Source of the DNA: Candidatus Nitrospira inopinata
Lineage (GTDB): Bacteria > Nitrospirota > Nitrospiria > Nitrospirales > Nitrospiraceae
Length of the DNA: 32,000 bases
Reading direction: 5' to 3'
Assembly: GCF_001458695.1 (NCBI RefSeq)
Contig: NZ_LN885086.1
Span: forward strand, 2,160,001 to 2,192,000
Positions 29,748-32,000 of this stretch are shown piece by piece; the first letter of the stretch is position 1, and every line of letters starts with the position of its first letter. The notes beneath the pieces are model-generated. The model searched no databases and had not been told where the DNA came from. It saw only the letters and a list, made by a program, of their open reading frames with translations. Made by a program: the position numbers and the translations under genes.

Positions 29748-30986
29748 ATGAACAAACGGATTGCAGTGGATGAGCTTCGGCCTGGGATGCGCGTGGTCGC
29801 GATCGATCGATCCTGGCTGGTGACGCCTTTTTTGAGTCACCGGCTGACGATCGCCTCGCGGGAACAGGTCGAGCAATTGAAGGCTTGCGGGGTCCAAAGC
29901 GTCGAGATCGCGGCGGACGACGTGGACGGCGCGGGCAATGAGCAGATCCGCCAAGATGAATGCGACCGCTCGACGGAGGAGGGCGGAGAAGCCGTTTCTG
30001 TGCAGCCGGCGGCGGATGTTTCTTCGGAGCCGGCTTCGTTCGACGAGGAACTGAAAACCGCCAAGGAGGTGTATCGGGCCGCCAAGGCCGTGATCCAAGG
30101 CGCCATGCAGGACGTGCGGTTGGGGCGGGCGATCAACATGGAAGATGTCAATCGGGTCGTCTCGGACATGGCGGAAAGCGTCTTGCGTAATCTCGACGCC
30201 TTGACCAGCCTGTCGCGACTCAAACGATTCGATGAATACACGTTCTATCATTCGGTCAACACGTCGTTGCTGGCGATGTCGTTGGGACGGGATCTCGGGT
30301 TCACTAAGCACGAGCTCCATCAGATTGGCGTCGGGGCCCTGTTGCACGACATCGGCAAAACCAAGATTCCCAACGAGTTGCTCAATAAACCCGGCCGTTT
30401 CGAACCGGACGAGATGGAACTGATGAAACAGCATGTGCTGCGCGGAGTTGAAGTCTTATCGAACACAACAGGGTTGGCCGAGGTGTACGCAAAGCCGGCC
30501 CTTGAGCATCACGAGCGGGTCGATGGCTCAGGGTATCCGTTCGGCCGTTCAAAAGACGAACTCAGTCGGTTCGGCCTGATCGCGTCGATCGTGGACATTT
30601 ACGACGCCATCACGAGCGATCGCTGCTATCACCGGGGCCGTCCGCCTCACGACGCGCTTCAGTATCTGTACCTGATCTCCATCAAGGGCCATCTCGACGC
30701 CGAGTTGGTGCAACGATTCATTCGCGTCGTCGGGGTGTATCCGGTGGGGTCTCTGGTCGAATTGAACACAGGAGAAGTGGCGGTGGTGCGGCGCGTTCAC
30801 CGAGACGCTCCGCTGGCTCCGCTCGTCATCATCGTGAAAAGCGCGAGCAACGTGCTGCTTTCCAAGCCGATCGAATGCGATCTTCGGGAGGAGACGAGGA
30901 TTTCCGGACGGACCATCAGAACCGTCAAGGGGCCGCATGACGTGGGGGTCGATCCCGGCGTGTACCTTGACGAGGAGCCGATATGA
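29748..30986 (+). CDS. DUF3391 - HD-GYP domain protein (canonical c-di-GMP phosphodiesterase motifs)
   Basis: IAVDELRPGMRVVAIDRSWLVTPFLSHRLTI (DUF3391-like). HSVNTS…LLHDIGKTKIP…MKQHV…EHHERVDGSGYPFG. VGVYPVGSLVELNTGEVAVV. The start is placed at ATG 29748 (MNKRIAV); the track ORF begins at TTG 29724. Confidence 0.88.
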   Translation: MNKRIAVDELRPGMRVVAIDRSWLVTPFLSHRLTIASREQVEQLKACGVQSVEIAADDVDGAGNEQIRQDECDRSTEEGGEAVSVQPAADVSSEPASFDEELKTAKEVYRAAKAVIQGAMQDVRLGRAINMEDVNRVVSDMAESVLRNLDALTSLSRLKRFDEYTFYHSVNTSLLAMSLGRDLGFTKHELHQIGVGALLHDIGKTKIPNELLNKPGRFEPDEMELMKQHVLRGVEVLSNTTGLAEVYAKPALEHHERVDGSGYPFGRSKDELSRFGLIASIVDIYDAITSDRCYHRGRPPHDALQYLYLISIKGHLDAELVQRFIRVVGVYPVGSLVELNTGEVAVVRRVHRDAPLAPLVIIVKSASNVLLSKPIECDLREETRISGRTIRTVKGPHDVGVDPGVYLDEEPI

Positions 30987-31705
30987 ACAATGTATCGGGT
31001 ACCGTTCCTCCCTCGGCCTGTTTCTTGACCGTTGGTTTGCCCGTGAAGCTTTCCGTCGTCATGGAGGGGCGCAAGGTTGTGCATGGCAGCACATTGTTGG
31101 GGTGGAAAGAGGCTGCGTGGCTCATCTGCGAATGGCCCTCGCACCTAGACTGGGTTTCCGGCTTGGCGGAGCGCACGCCATGCACGCTGAGCTATCTGCG
31201 AGATGGAAAGCTTGTGGGATGTCGAACGGAAATTCGCGGGGCCGTCGCGACACCGGTGCCGCTGCTGTTCCTGGCCTACCCTCAGCAAGTCGAAGAAATG
31301 CATCTCCGGCAACATCCGCGTGTGTCGTCTAACGAGCCGGTCTTGTTAAGTCGAATCGGCACTTGGTCTGAGAAAGGTACGGGGATGACACAGGCCGATC
31401 ATGTCGGCGGTCTGGTGAAAGATCTTAGCATGGGAGGCTGTCGTCTCTCGCTGGAGCGGGTTCCCTCATGGATGAGGGCCGGCTCGTCGGTTCATCTGGA
31501 ATTTGAATTGCCGGGATTGGGGCATGTCACCAATTTGACGGGCATGGTCAAGAGCATCGACAAGGGAGAGGAGGGCAATCTGATCGGCGTCGAGTTCCAA
31601 TTCGACAAAATGGAATACATTGAATATCGGGGATGGGGCGGGTCGGTCAGACAGGCCATCTGGCGGTGGATACGTCAAAAGTCGGGAGAGCCCACTCTCT
31701 ATTGA
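30983..31705 (+). CDS. YcgR-like c-di-GMP receptor (PilZN-type N-terminal domain + PilZ domain)
   Basis: The PilZ motifs are RQHPR (RxxxR) and, about 33 residues later, DLSMGG (D/NxSxxG). The N-terminal LTVGLPVKLSV…GSTLLGW…WLICEWP resembles the YcgR N-domain pattern. The ATG overlaps the stop of the upstream HD-GYP gene in a 4-nt overlap at 30983-30986. Confidence 0.75.
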   Translation: MNNVSGTVPPSACFLTVGLPVKLSVVMEGRKVVHGSTLLGWKEAAWLICEWPSHLDWVSGLAERTPCTLSYLRDGKLVGCRTEIRGAVATPVPLLFLAYPQQVEEMHLRQHPRVSSNEPVLLSRIGTWSEKGTGMTQADHVGGLVKDLSMGGCRLSLERVPSWMRAGSSVHLEFELPGLGHVTNLTGMVKSIDKGEEGNLIGVEFQFDKMEYIEYRGWGGSVRQAIWRWIRQKSGEPTLY

Positions 31706-31814
31706 CCGGTCTTGTTCTCATCCTGCCCGGCGGATCCTTCCATCCCCGCCCGGCAAATTCTGCCACGGTGACCTTCGCGTGCCAAAAACACTCGGTTTTT
31801 ACGCAGAAAACCGC

Positions 31815-31830
31815 TGGCACGCAGTTTGAA
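31815..31830 (+). promoter_or_regulatory. Weak sigma-54-like -24/-12 element (TGGCAC-gcagt-TTGAA)
   Basis: Perfect -24 TGGCAC with correct spacing, but the -12 element reads TTGA instead of TTGC. It lies about 25-40 nt upstream of the GTG at 31854. Confidence 0.25.
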
Positions 31831-31853
31831 CCTCCCTTTGTGAGGAGGGCCTC

Positions 31854-32000
31854 GTGAAAGCCGTGATTCTGGCTGGAGGAGTCGGGTCTCGATTAAGCGA
31901 GGAAACCATCGGCCGTCCCAAGCCGATGGTGGAGATCGGCGGCAGGCCGATCCTCTGGCACATCATGAAGATCTATTCGGCCCATGGCATCAATGACTTC
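31854..32000 (+). CDS. rfbF: Glucose-1-phosphate cytidylyltransferase, N-terminal part; continues past the window
   Basis: Not in the supplied track. GTG start preceded by GAGGAGGG. It reads [49 protein letters not shown], the typical RfbF/DdhA N terminus (G-x-G-x-R-L nucleotidyltransferase loop). Confidence 0.8.
   Translation, partial: MKAVILAGGVGSRLSEETIGRPKPMVEIGGRPILWHIMKIYSAHGINDF

Overview
This is a visibly GC-rich, densely coding bacterial chromosomal segment; I did not compute the exact GC value. I can support about 30 protein-coding genes. I found no rRNA, tRNA, CRISPR array or intact IS element or transposon.

Most of the window is ordinary housekeeping. It carries mazG, a DUF1844 gene followed by an NtrY/NtrX-type sigma-54 two-component pair, purM-purN, queG, thiE, bioD plus an SDR, a bifunctional putA, an Mrp/ApbC - Rieske - unknown - lipA string, and pgm.

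Three parts are less ordinary:
- About 3.6-4.9 kb holds a small decayed integrative remnant. It consists of a frameshifted tyrosine-recombinase C-terminal fragment and a RibD_C/DHFR-like gene that uses atypical codons and looks 3'-truncated.
- 23999-25186 encodes an Rh50-type (not AmtB-type) ammonium channel with a long upstream region.
- 25.5-31.7 kb is a cyclic-di-GMP signalling cluster. Two DUF3391-HD-GYP paralogues sit head to head. One is translationally coupled to a soluble PAS-PAS hybrid kinase with two receivers and an HPt domain. The other is coupled to a YcgR-like PilZ receptor.

The c-di-GMP cluster is the most system-like thing I can see. I do not see a defence system, a biosynthetic cluster or any clearly unprecedented architecture. 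The long ORFs antisense to real genes look like GC-bias artefacts.

The Rh50 gene, ntrYX and overall composition would fit a nitrifier such as Nitrospira. That is a guess and needs a database search.
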